Positions 10,188 to 19,235 of a stretch of 64,000 bases of DNA are shown in pieces. The notes under the pieces are model-generated. The model made no database searches. It worked only from the letters and a program-made list of their open reading frames with translations, and was not told where the DNA came from. How positions within the stretch are numbered: the stretch's first letter is position 1; the number at the start of each line of letters is the position of its first letter. This DNA comes from SAR202 cluster bacterium bin22 (lineage in GTDB: Bacteria; Chloroflexota; Dehalococcoidia; Lucifugimonadales; UBA3495): NCBI GenBank assembly GCA_002238505.1, contig MPMM01000001.1, positions 1,037,811 through 1,101,810 of the forward strand, in the 5' to 3' direction. The position numbers and the translations under genes are program-made.

Positions 10188-11834
10188 TTAGAAGGCCCGC
10201 CGGTGGGATGTTTCAGTCTCCGCGCTGGTGATGAACTCCAGCAACACTGCGCGCCCCTCTTCCGTCTGCCGCCGGGCCCGCTGGAAAGCGCCGACAACGT
10301 CATTGGGATCCTCAACGCGCTCGGCATAGCCGCCCATGGCCCTACCCATGTCCGCGTAGTTTCCGCCCAGGTCCCTGGTGCCGTAAAGGGCATGAGAGGT
10401 CGCCATGGCAGAGGTTTCCACCGCCATGGTGGAGTTATTCAGGACTACCGTAATAATGGGAATTCCGCAGCGGGCGGCGGTCTCAAAGTCGAGGCCGGTC
10501 ATGCCGAATGCGGCGTCGCCCATGAAGTTAACGCAGACCTTTTCCGGCTTGGCCAACTTGGCGCCCATCACCAGTCCAAGCCCGGTGCCCAGGCCGTGGG
10601 ACTTGCCCCAGCCCAAGTAAGAGCGAGGGCCCTCGGTGCGGTAGAAAGGCATAATTTGGTCTCGGGGGCTTCCCGAGTCGTGGGTGATTATGGCCTGGCT
10701 GGGCGGGACAGTCTGCATGAAGTCCTTGATGATGCGGTATGGGTTGATGGGAGTGCCCGCGTCATTAAGCTTATGTACCCAGTTGTTCAACCACGCGTCC
10801 CGCTCTGAGCGGATTTCGCCAGCCACGCTGGCATCGTTCTTGCGGCTGTCGCCGACGATTTCCCGGCAGGCCTCAATCATCTGGCGAAGCACCAGCCTGG
10901 CATCTCCCACTATGGGGATATCGACGTCATAGTCCTTGTTAATGTCTCTGGGGTCGTTGGTGGAGTGGATTATGGTCTTGCCCGGCGGGATGTTCATTGA
11001 CATACCGTGTTTGGTGAAGCTGCAGCCGATACCAAAAATAACATCAGACCGCCGCACGAAGTGGTAAACCGGACCGGACATGACGCCCGAGCCACTGCCC
11101 AGAGCCAGGGGATGGGTCTCAGGGAAAGCGCTCTTGCCCAGCAGGGTACTCATCACCGGAACCTGCAGAAGCTCCGCCAGTTCAATAAGCTCGTCATACG
11201 CCCGGGCGTACAGGACACCCTGCCCGGCGTGAATCACCGGATAACGCGCGCTGCACAGGGCTCGGGCCGCCGTTTCCACGTCCGAGGGATTGCCCTGGGA
11301 CAGGGTCCGCCGTACCCGTCCACTCCAGAAAAAAGCGGACTCATCCACCTCTTCGAGGGCGATATCCGAAGGAATCTCCACCATAACCGGCCCTACGCGA
11401 CCCTGATGGAGCCCGGCGAAGGCCCGCCGCATTATCTGAGTCGTACGGGACGGGGAATTGATCTGCTCGACGTACTTGGTAACGCCAGCGTAGTTAGGCA
11501 CGGAATTGAAGTGGGGAGCAATGCCCTGCCGCTCCCGGGGTTCGCCCAGGGGAAGCAACAGGATCGGCGTGGAATCAGAGTATGCAGTAGCCACACCAGG
11601 GTAAGCGTTCTCCGCGCCGGGGCCATACTGCATGGCGAACACGCCCGGAATTTCGCCATCGGTAACGCGGCTGAAACCATCGGCAATGCCCACACCCACG
11701 CGTTCCTGGCGGCATACAATGGGACGGATTCCGGCGGCCGCGGCCGCTTCAATTACCGGGGTGGTCGGAAAACAACTCAGGTATTCTACCCCTTCCCGTT
11801 TGAGAATTTCTGAAATGGCTTCAATAGTATTCAA
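10188..11834 (-). CDS. Thiamine-pyrophosphate-dependent enzyme (acetolactate-synthase-like, function unassigned)
   Basis: 548 aa with an N-terminal TPP pyrimidine-binding domain (GVEYLSCFPTTP..., QYGPGAENAYPGVATAYSDSTPILLL) and a C-terminal GDAAFGMTGLDFETAARCGIPIITVVLNN TPP-binding motif. TTG start with a GAGGGGG RBS. Confidence 0.85.
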   Translation of the reverse strand: MNTIEAISEILKREGVEYLSCFPTTPVIEAAAAAGIRPIVCRQERVGVGIADGFSRVTDGEIPGVFAMQYGPGAENAYPGVATAYSDSTPILLLPLGEPRERQGIAPHFNSVPNYAGVTKYVEQINSPSRTTQIMRRAFAGLHQGRVGPVMVEIPSDIALEEVDESAFFWSGRVRRTLSQGNPSDVETAARALCSARYPVIHAGQGVLYARAYDELIELAELLQVPVMSTLLGKSAFPETHPLALGSGSGVMSGPVYHFVRRSDVIFGIGCSFTKHGMSMNIPPGKTIIHSTNDPRDINKDYDVDIPIVGDARLVLRQMIEACREIVGDSRKNDASVAGEIRSERDAWLNNWVHKLNDAGTPINPYRIIKDFMQTVPPSQAIITHDSGSPRDQIMPFYRTEGPRSYLGWGKSHGLGTGLGLVMGAKLAKPEKVCVNFMGDAAFGMTGLDFETAARCGIPIITVVLNNSTMAVETSAMATSHALYGTRDLGGNYADMGRAMGGYAERVEDPNDVVGAFQRARRQTEEGRAVLLEFITSAETETSHRRAF

Positions 11835-11900
11835 TTAACTACCCCCTCGCATACCTGGATTCCGGGAAGGCTCCTTCGCTCTCAGCCCAACGGGTTCGAC

Positions 11901-12491
11901 TCAGGCCTGGCTTGCCTCGAACTCGGCGATTTTGTCTTCCTGCTGCATGGTCAATCCGATGTCGTCCAGCCCGTTAAGCAGGCAGTAGCGCCGGAAAGAG
12001 TCCACGTCAAACTGCGCCACAATTTCCTCGTTTTCATCCCAAACCCGCTGGCCTTCCAGGTCCACGTGCAGGCGAATCCCCGGGTTCTCAAGGGCCAGGT
12101 CCATCAGCTGCCGCACCGTCTCTTCGGGGAGTACTATGGGAAGCAGCCCATTCTGGAAGCAGTTATTGAAGAAAATGTCGGCGAAGCTGGGCGCTATCAC
12201 GCACCTGATACCGTATTCTCCAAGAGCCCAGGGAGCATGTTCACGGGACGAACCACAACCGAAGTTATTCCCAGCTATCAGGACGCTGGCTCCGGCATAA
12301 CTGGGCTGGTTGAGGACAAACTCAGGCCTGGGACTTCCATCCTCGTTGAACCGCCATCGTTCAAACAGGAACTGCCCGTAACCGGTACGCCGAATGCTCT
12401 TAAGGTGAATCGCGGGGATAATTGCGTCGGTGTCAACGTTGACCCGATCCAGGGGAGCGGCCACCCCGTCAATCTTGATGAAAGGTTCCAT
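11901..12491 (-). CDS. leuD: 3-isopropylmalate dehydratase small subunit
   Basis: 196 aa with [17 protein letters not shown]. Immediately downstream of leuC. Confidence 0.95.
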   Translation of the reverse strand: MEPFIKIDGVAAPLDRVNVDTDAIIPAIHLKSIRRTGYGQFLFERWRFNEDGSPRPEFVLNQPSYAGASVLIAGNNFGCGSSREHAPWALGEYGIRCVIAPSFADIFFNNCFQNGLLPIVLPEETVRQLMDLALENPGIRLHVDLEGQRVWDENEEIVAQFDVDSFRRYCLLNGLDDIGLTMQQEDKIAEFEASQA

Positions 12492-12503
12492 TGTTCTCTA
12501 CTC

Positions 12504-13904
12504 CTACCATTCCCTTATGTCAACAAAGTGTCCGGTGATGGCTGCGGCTGCGGCCATGGGCGGACTCACCAGGTGGGTCCGGCCACCCTTGCCTTGCCGG
12601 CCTTCAAAGTTGCGGTTGGAAGTGGAAGCGCAGCGCTCGCCGGGGGCCAGGATGTCGGGATTCATCCCCAGGCACATGGAACAGCCGGCCACCCGCCAGT
12701 CCAGTCCCGCATCCGTGAAGATCCGGTCCAACCCTTCAGCTTCGGCCTGAGCCTTAATCAGGGCCGAACCCGGAACCACCATGGCGTAAACGTCCGGATG
12801 CACCTTGCGGCCCTTGACTACTTCGGCAGCAGCCCTGAGGTCTTCCAGCCGAGAATTGGTGCAGGCGCCGATAAAGACGCGATCGAGCTTGATGTCGGAA
12901 ATGGGGGTGTCGGGCTCCAGGTCCATATAGGTCAGGGCCCTCTCTGCCGCTTCCCGCTGGGCCTGGTCGCTGAAGGAGTTCGGGTCAGGGACCCTGTCGC
13001 TTACCCTGGCAACCATTCCCGGGTTGGTACCCCACGTTACAAAGGGCTCCAGGGAGGCTGCATCAATCTCCACCAGCCTGTCGAAAGTGGCGCCCTCGTC
13101 CGTTGGCAGCCTTCGCCATTCATCCACGGCCTTTTCGAATTCCTCGCCCTTGGGCGCGAACTGGCGTCCGTTGATGTAGTTGAAGGTGGTTTCGTCGGGG
13201 GCGATCATGCCGGCCCTGGCGCCGCCCTCAATGCTCATGTTGCAGACGGTCATTCGGCCGTCCATGGAGAGGGAGCGGATGGCCTCGCCCGTGTATTCAA
13301 TCACGTGGCCCACGCCTCCGCCAATTCCGATCTGACCAATAATGCCCAGGATGACGTCCTTGGCTACCACACCTGCGGGCAACTGGCCATCGACCCTAAC
13401 TTCCATGGTCCTCGGTTTGAACTGGCGCAAGGTCTGGGTAGCCAGAACGTGCTCAACTTCAGAAGTGCCGATACCCACGGCGAAACAACCCAGGGCGCCG
13501 TGCGTGGATGTGTGGCTGTCCCCGCATACCACGGTCTTACCCGGCAGCGTGTAACCCAGGTCCGGCCCAATTACGTGGACGATACCCTGGTAGGGGCTGA
13601 AGCGGTCAAACAGGGTCAAGCCGAAGTCGCGGGTATTTTCAGTCATGGCATCCAGCTGACCCTTGGAAATTTCATCCGTGATGGGTTGCGAAAGATCCCA
13701 CGTTGGAGTGTTATGGTCAACGGTGGCCACCGTCAGGTCCGGGCGGCGTACGCTTCTCCCTGCCATCCGCAGGCCCTCGAATGCCTGGGGCGTGGTCACC
13801 TCGTGAATCAGGTGCAAATCTATGTAGAGTATTGAAGGCTGCCCCGGTTCCTCATGGACCACGTGGGCGTCCCAAATCTTCTCAAACATCGTCCGTGGCG
13901 GCAT
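12504..13904 (-). CDS. leuC: 3-isopropylmalate dehydratase large subunit
   Basis: 466 aa with [37 protein letters not shown] and [12 protein letters not shown] (aconitase-family Fe-S ligands). Confidence 0.97.
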   Translation of the reverse strand: MPPRTMFEKIWDAHVVHEEPGQPSILYIDLHLIHEVTTPQAFEGLRMAGRSVRRPDLTVATVDHNTPTWDLSQPITDEISKGQLDAMTENTRDFGLTLFDRFSPYQGIVHVIGPDLGYTLPGKTVVCGDSHTSTHGALGCFAVGIGTSEVEHVLATQTLRQFKPRTMEVRVDGQLPAGVVAKDVILGIIGQIGIGGGVGHVIEYTGEAIRSLSMDGRMTVCNMSIEGGARAGMIAPDETTFNYINGRQFAPKGEEFEKAVDEWRRLPTDEGATFDRLVEIDAASLEPFVTWGTNPGMVARVSDRVPDPNSFSDQAQREAAERALTYMDLEPDTPISDIKLDRVFIGACTNSRLEDLRAAAEVVKGRKVHPDVYAMVVPGSALIKAQAEAEGLDRIFTDAGLDWRVAGCSMCLGMNPDILAPGERCASTSNRNFEGRQGKGGRTHLVSPPMAAAAAITGHFVDIREW

Positions 13905-14122
13905 GAAAAGTTCTCTCCCCTCAATAAGAATGTACTATTGGAGCGGCGGGCAAACGGGCCCTCCGTAAGTTCGGGCCATTATAACATTCCCCTATGAGGT
14001 TGACAGCAAAAGTCATTAGCCAGATCTTCCATCGTAGATTGGACCAAATTCCCTGTAGGCAAATGGATACGGAGGCGGGTAGTCAGATTCAGACTATAAG
14101 TGGCAGACATCCACCAAGGCAT

Positions 14123-14400
14123 AAGTCATGTCGCCCTGAGCCTTAAGTCATGTCGCCCTGAGCCTCAAGTCATGTCGCCCTGAGCCTGCCGAAGGGCCTC
14201 AAATCCCTCCCGACTGTCCGGTTGCGGCCCCGATGCTGGGCGGTCCAATCCCCCAACCCACAAGTCAATGTCGCCCTGAGCCTGCCGAAGGACCTCAAAT
14301 CCCTCCCGACTGTCCGGTTGCGGCCCCGATGCTGGGCGGCCCAATCCCCCAACCCACAAGTCAATGTCGCCCTGAGCGCAGCCGAGGGGCCTAAAATCGC
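14123..14400 (+). repeat. Tandem repeats: 22-bp unit x3, then a 95/96-bp unit x2.3
   Basis: AAGTCATGTCGCCCTGAGCCT starts at 14123, 14145 and 14167. The longer unit AAGTCA(A)TGTCGCCCTGAGCCTGCCGAAGG.CCTCAAATCCCTCCCGACTGTCCGGTTGCGGCCCCGATGCTGGGCGG.CCAATCCCCCAACCCAC starts at 14167, 14262 and 14358 (the third copy is truncated). The full copies differ by 2-3 nt. Confidence 0.9.
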
Positions 14401-14509
14401 CGCCACATTACAAGCCAGGGGTAACTCAACCATCGCCATCGGTAGTCTCTCCGCAATGCAGTCCCGTTCGACCTGCGCCTACCGAAGGACATCCCCCTTC
14501 GCGAAAAAA

Positions 14510-15150
14510 CTTCATCCCCCCTCGCCCTATGAGACAGGGGCACGGGGGTGAGGGCCACCCCCACTGACACCACCCCCTTCCTACCCTGGCTAACCCACCC
14601 CTACCATCAAAAGACAATACCAAACATCCCCTCTCGCCCTAAGGGAGAGGGGCCAGGGGTGAGGGCAACCCCAAATACAAACCCTGTCATCCTGAGCGCA
14701 GCCGAAGGATCTATAATCCATACCACATACCATGCCCAGCCAACCGCCACCAACATCAAAACCGAAGTTCCCCCCTCGCCCTATGGGAGAGGGGCCGGGG
14801 GTGAGGGCAACCCCGCCACCGGGCAATCTGGCCAACGGCAGACCACCCTGTCATAACCCTGTCATCCACCCCCACCCCTCAGCTACAAAACAACAGGAAA
14901 TGAAAGGAAATAACAGGAAAAACAAAAAACCTCTTCCGTAGGGGCGGGTTTGAAACCCGCCCCTGACCCTGACAACAAGGGAACCTGAAAGAACCGCAAC
15001 CAACATCAATGCCGAAGTTCTCCCCTCTCCCTATGGGAGAGGGGCCGGGGGTGAGGGCCCCCCGCCACCGGCCAATCTGGCCAACGGCGGACCCCCCAAG
15101 CCATAAACCATGTCGCCCTGAGCCCGGCCGAAGGGCCTCAATTCCTTCCC
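14510..15150 (+). repeat. Composite cluster A of GC-rich palindromic repeat modules
   Basis: Four copies of CCCCTC(G/T)CCCTATGGGAGAGGGGCCGGGGGTGAGGGC-type hairpin modules (about 14516, 14628, 14770, 15021). GTC(A/G)(T/C)CCTGAGC...GCCGAAGG modules at about 14686 and 15112. A perfect palindrome GGGGCGGGTTTGAAACCCGCCCC at 14949-14971. An internal ~110-nt duplication (14740-14850 vs 14990-15098). Confidence 0.9.
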
Positions 15151-15373
15151 GTCCAACAGGTTGCGGGTCCGAAAGCTTGCCTGCGGGCAGGTGTATGGAT
15201 TCTAGTCCCTGCGTAACGGCAATTTTCTTAAAACGCGATTGCCCTGATTAGAACTCCGGTTGAACCCATACCTGCCTGCGCTTATCATAGACAACGGATT
15301 CCCGCATCCAGCGGAAAACCATCGCCGGAATTCAGCCCCGGCCCTATTCGAATCAGCTAACAGGAGCCATACA

Positions 15374-17962
15374 ATGCCCAGCGCCGACGCCGTTGTACTA
15401 CCTGCCAATGTACGCCCTGCCCATTACCAGATAACTCTGCAGCCCGACATGGACAATTTCACCTTTGACGGGCTGGAAGTTATTGATATTGAGGTATTGG
15501 AAACAACCTCTGAGATTGTCCTGAACGCCACGGAATTGCGCGTGCCCGCGGGCATGCTCATCAAGGATGGCCAGTGGATTCGGGCTTCTTCCATCACCCT
15601 CGACGAAGAGAACGAAACCGTTACCCTTGCTTTCCCGAATCCCATTGAACGCGGACCGGCCCAGCTGGATCTGCGGTTCGTGGGCGAGCTTAATGACAAG
15701 CTCCGTGGTTTCTACCGCAGCCAGTACGTAAACCCCGAGGGCGAAGTAAGTTACCTGGCCACAACCCAGTTCGAGGCCACCGACGCCCGCCGGGCCTTCC
15801 CCTGCTGGGACGAACCGGCCTGCAAGGCAACCTTTCAGCTGACCCTTAACATTCCCGCCAGCATGGTGGCCGTCTCCAACACTCCCATCCTAGAACAGGC
15901 AGGACTGGACGCCGGGTTCAAGTCCATCATGTTCGGCCGCACACCCATCATGTCCACGTACCTCATGGCTTTTGTGGTGGGAGACCTGACCTACATCGAA
16001 CAGGAAGCAGCAAGCAACACGACCGTCGGCGTGTGGACCACCCGCGGCAAGGAGGATCAGGGTAGATTCGCCCTGGAAACCTCGGCGCGCATGCTCGGTT
16101 TCTTCAACGATTACTTTGGCATTCCTTACCCCCTCGAAAAGCTGGACCACATTGCCATACCGGACTTTGCCGCCGGCGCCATGGAAAACTGGGGCTGCAT
16201 AACATACCGGGAAACTGCCCTGCTGGTTGACCCGGAGAATTCGTCGGCCGGCACCAGGCAGCGCGTGGCCGAAGTGGTGGCCCATGAAATGGCTCACATG
16301 TGGTTCGGCGACCTGGTGACGATGGACTGGTGGGACGACCTGTGGCTCAACGAGAGCTTTGCCTCGTGGATGGGGACCAAGGCCACCGACTGGGCCTTCC
16401 CCGAATGGGATATGTGGACTCAGTTCGTCAACATGGACACTAACCGGGCCCTCAGCCTGGATGGCCTGAAGAACTCCCATCCTATTGAGCAGGAAGTGAA
16501 GGACCCGGCGGAGATCAGCCAGTTGTTCGATGCCATCAGCTACAGCAAGGGCGCCTCGGTCATCCGAATGCTGGAACAATTCCTTACTCCCGAGGTCTTC
16601 CGCCAGGGGTTGCACCAGTACCTTGACGCTAACCAATACGCCAACGCCCGTACCGAAGACCTTTGGGCTGCCCTGGAAAACGCCTCCCAGCAGCCCGTTA
16701 CCGCCATCATGAATACCTGGACGGGTCAGATGGGCTATCCCGTCCTGCGCGTGGAAACCCGAGACGCTGGCGACCAACTGGAACTGAACCTTTCCCAGGA
16801 GCGCTTTGTTTACGACAATCTCCTTGGAGACTCCGAGCCTGAAGACCAGGTCTGGCAGGTGCCAATAGGCGTTTCACGCAGTGGCAGCGGCGACGTAGAG
16901 TCCCTGGTAATGAACGAGCCCCGCACGCAGGTGCAATTGCCCAGGCCTGCCGGCGGCGACTCCTGGTTCAAGGTCAACCCTTCACAGACAGGCTTTTTCC
17001 GCGTCAACTATTCTGAAGAGGACTGGCAGCGCCTGGTTCCTGCCATTAGTGCGCTGACTCTCCCGGCCACTGACCGCCTGGGCATTCAAAACGACGCATA
17101 TGCCCTGTCCAAGGCCGGACTGCTGCCCATAACCCAGTTCCTGGACATCGCGGCGGCTTACGTAAATGAAACCGACGCTTCCGTCTGGAGTGATCTGGCC
17201 AGCAACCTGAGAGACATTGAGCTTCTGGTAGCCGACGAACCCTGCCACGAGAACTTCCGGTCCTTTGCCCGTGACCTGTTTGGGCCCGCCGCCCGTCGCA
17301 TCGGATGGGATGCCCAGGAAGGCGAGGGACACCTAGACGCCCTGCTGCGCTCCACCGTGCTCAGCCAGGCCGGGGGATATGGCGACGAAGAAATGCTTAA
17401 CCAGGCAACCACGCGACTACAGGGGTATTTGCAGGACGCTTCTTCGGTACATCCCGACCTGCGGGGCGTCGTTTACGGACTGTCAGCCATGGCCGGCGAC
17501 GACGACACCTACAATCTGCTCTGGGACCTGGAACGAAAGGCCGACCTGCAGGAAGAGAAGATCCGGTTGCTGCTGGCCCTTTCCAGGTTCAATCAGGCGG
17601 AACTGCTCCAGGAGACGCTGAGGCGGACCCTGACCGACGACGTCCGCTCCCAGGACACGATCTCGGTGGTAACCGCAGTAGCCGCCAACCTGAAGGGACG
17701 GCAGCCAGCCTGGCAATTTGTCCAGGACAACTGGGACGAGTTCGACCGCCGCTACGGTTCGGGCGGATTCGGCATAATGCGCCTGGTCACCGTCTGCGGC
17801 AACTTTGTGGACGCTTCCAGGATCGAGGAAGCGGAGAACTTCTTCAGGGAACACCCGGCCCCGGCGGCTGAACGCACCATTCGCCAGTCCCTGGAACGGG
17901 TAAGGTTGAACTCTCGGTGGCTGGAGCTTAACCGCGAGGCTTTGGCCGCCAGGTTTGCCTGA
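15374..17962 (+). CDS. pepN: Aminopeptidase N (M1 family zinc metallopeptidase)
   Basis: GAMENWG exopeptidase motif and the HEMAHMWFGDLVTMDWWDDLWLNESFA zinc site (HExxH-18-E). I chose the ATG at 15374 with an AGGAG RBS. The ORF-track TTG at 15260 adds 38 non-conserved residues. Confidence 0.95.
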   Translation: MPSADAVVLPANVRPAHYQITLQPDMDNFTFDGLEVIDIEVLETTSEIVLNATELRVPAGMLIKDGQWIRASSITLDEENETVTLAFPNPIERGPAQLDLRFVGELNDKLRGFYRSQYVNPEGEVSYLATTQFEATDARRAFPCWDEPACKATFQLTLNIPASMVAVSNTPILEQAGLDAGFKSIMFGRTPIMSTYLMAFVVGDLTYIEQEAASNTTVGVWTTRGKEDQGRFALETSARMLGFFNDYFGIPYPLEKLDHIAIPDFAAGAMENWGCITYRETALLVDPENSSAGTRQRVAEVVAHEMAHMWFGDLVTMDWWDDLWLNESFASWMGTKATDWAFPEWDMWTQFVNMDTNRALSLDGLKNSHPIEQEVKDPAEISQLFDAISYSKGASVIRMLEQFLTPEVFRQGLHQYLDANQYANARTEDLWAALENASQQPVTAIMNTWTGQMGYPVLRVETRDAGDQLELNLSQERFVYDNLLGDSEPEDQVWQVPIGVSRSGSGDVESLVMNEPRTQVQLPRPAGGDSWFKVNPSQTGFFRVNYSEEDWQRLVPAISALTLPATDRLGIQNDAYALSKAGLLPITQFLDIAAAYVNETDASVWSDLASNLRDIELLVADEPCHENFRSFARDLFGPAARRIGWDAQEGEGHLDALLRSTVLSQAGGYGDEEMLNQATTRLQGYLQDASSVHPDLRGVVYGLSAMAGDDDTYNLLWDLERKADLQEEKIRLLLALSRFNQAELLQETLRRTLTDDVRSQDTISVVTAVAANLKGRQPAWQFVQDNWDEFDRRYGSGGFGIMRLVTVCGNFVDASRIEEAENFFREHPAPAAERTIRQSLERVRLNSRWLELNREALAARFA

Positions 17963-18006
17963 TCAAGCCCGCCCCAGCTTCACCTGACCCTTTGCGAACG
18001 CCGTCC

Positions 18007-19020
18007 TTATGGGGCGGCGTTCCACAGTCTCATCGCCAGTTCTTCCAGGCGTTCCCGCTGGGGAATGCAATTGAGCCACCGCTCCGGTATGGCTGATGCC
18101 CCGTAGCGGGCGCCAAGTACCGCTCCGGCTACGGCCCCGTTGGTGTCGGAGTCTCCCCCGGCGTCCATGACTTTCACCAGCGCTTCCTCCAGGCCCAGGG
18201 GCGTCTGAGCCGCCCAAAGGCCGAACTGCATGCAGAGCAGGGTATGCCCAATATGGCGATGGTTCCAGCGGAGGCTCTCCACGTCCGGTCCGACTTCCTC
18301 TACCCACTCAGCTACCTCAGAGGGAGCCCCGGCTGAGCCAGCGGCCCGAGCCAGGGAGGCAAAGTCTGGAACGATGCCGTCCAATAGCAAAGCGATAGCA
18401 GCGTTAATTATCACGCAGGACCACTGGCACAGGGGGGAATAGTGGGTGACCATTGCAGATGCGGCGCTGTCCTCAATGAGTTGCGCCGGCCTGGAATGCC
18501 AGAGCAACGCCACTGGCGCACAGCGCATGACCGCGCCATTGGGAGCGATCTGACCATTCTTGTCGTAGATGACCTTCCCTGCTTCAGGTGGGGGATCGCC
18601 GTTCTCCAACAACTCAATCACCGCTGAGGTTGTTATACCAATCCCCCTGCCGTTTTCCCGGCGCCACCTCACCAGCCTCTCAGTGAAATTTTCCACCCAG
18701 TTAACATTGACAGGTCCGTCATCACCATCCAGTAACGATCCACCCAAATCAACAGCCTGGGCCAGGTCGTCATCCATGGCCATCTGCTTCTCGCCCGGGT
18801 CAATCTCCTTGACACCGTTAGGAAGTCGCCTCCTGATAGACTCCCTGGAAAGGCCCTCAACGGGAATGCCCAGCAAATTACCCACGGCAAGGCCCAACAT
18901 CACACCTCGCGCCCGGTCTTCGCGGTTATCCGGTAAGTCAACCTTTCCCCGGTCGAAAAAATCAAACAGGTTTGGAGTGTGACCGATGAACGCGGGGTCC
19001 GCTACTATCAGATACTTCAT
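18007..19020 (-). CDS. ADP-ribosylglycohydrolase family protein
   Basis: 337 aa with DRARGVMLGLAVGNLLG near the N-terminus and a C-terminal GGDSDTNGAVAGAVLGARYG motif. About 35 aa of N-terminal extension. Confidence 0.8.
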   Translation of the reverse strand: MKYLIVADPAFIGHTPNLFDFFDRGKVDLPDNREDRARGVMLGLAVGNLLGIPVEGLSRESIRRRLPNGVKEIDPGEKQMAMDDDLAQAVDLGGSLLDGDDGPVNVNWVENFTERLVRWRRENGRGIGITTSAVIELLENGDPPPEAGKVIYDKNGQIAPNGAVMRCAPVALLWHSRPAQLIEDSAASAMVTHYSPLCQWSCVIINAAIALLLDGIVPDFASLARAAGSAGAPSEVAEWVEEVGPDVESLRWNHRHIGHTLLCMQFGLWAAQTPLGLEEALVKVMDAGGDSDTNGAVAGAVLGARYGASAIPERWLNCIPQRERLEELAMRLWNAAP

Positions 19021-19235
19021 AGGGTTCTTCCTCCAGATTAAACTGTCCCTGGAACTATATTTGTTAAGAAATAGAGCAGGCTGATAGGGTAGCCTGCGCC
19101 AACTGGAAATTCAAAGCTGAAAATCCAGAAATTCGAGGGGCCCTCTTACCTGAAGATGGCTTCGCTCAATTTGACACGCCCACGCCCCGGCCTATAGGCT
19201 GGGCATAATCAAAAAGGATTAACCCGAGTGAAAAT

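Noticed and set aside
12066-13835. 589-aa ORF on the plus strand
   Set aside because: It lies entirely antisense to leuD/leuC, whose products have unmistakable aconitase-family motifs. The antisense translation is low-complexity (G/P/A/R-rich), typical of a high-GC shadow ORF.
13978-14004. leuCD promoter (minus-strand TATAAT at 13978-13983 with TGTCAA 16 nt upstream)
   Set aside because: The -35 match is poor and I could not find an attenuator or T-box structure in the leader. This is too weak to annotate as a feature.
14123-14400. Possible CRISPR array
   Set aside because: The repeats are directly abutting (22-bp units) or are near-identical 95/96-bp units including their would-be spacers. 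There are no unique spacers, and no cas genes lie nearby.
14165-15251. Several 60-110-aa ORFs on both strands (for example 14222..14551, 14548..14856, 15009..15251); likewise 29108..30341
   Set aside because: They are translations of the repeat modules (recurrent PSPYGRGAGGEG, LRQAQGD and GRGGFQTRP peptides), have no RBS and overlap one another. They are repeat DNA, not genes.
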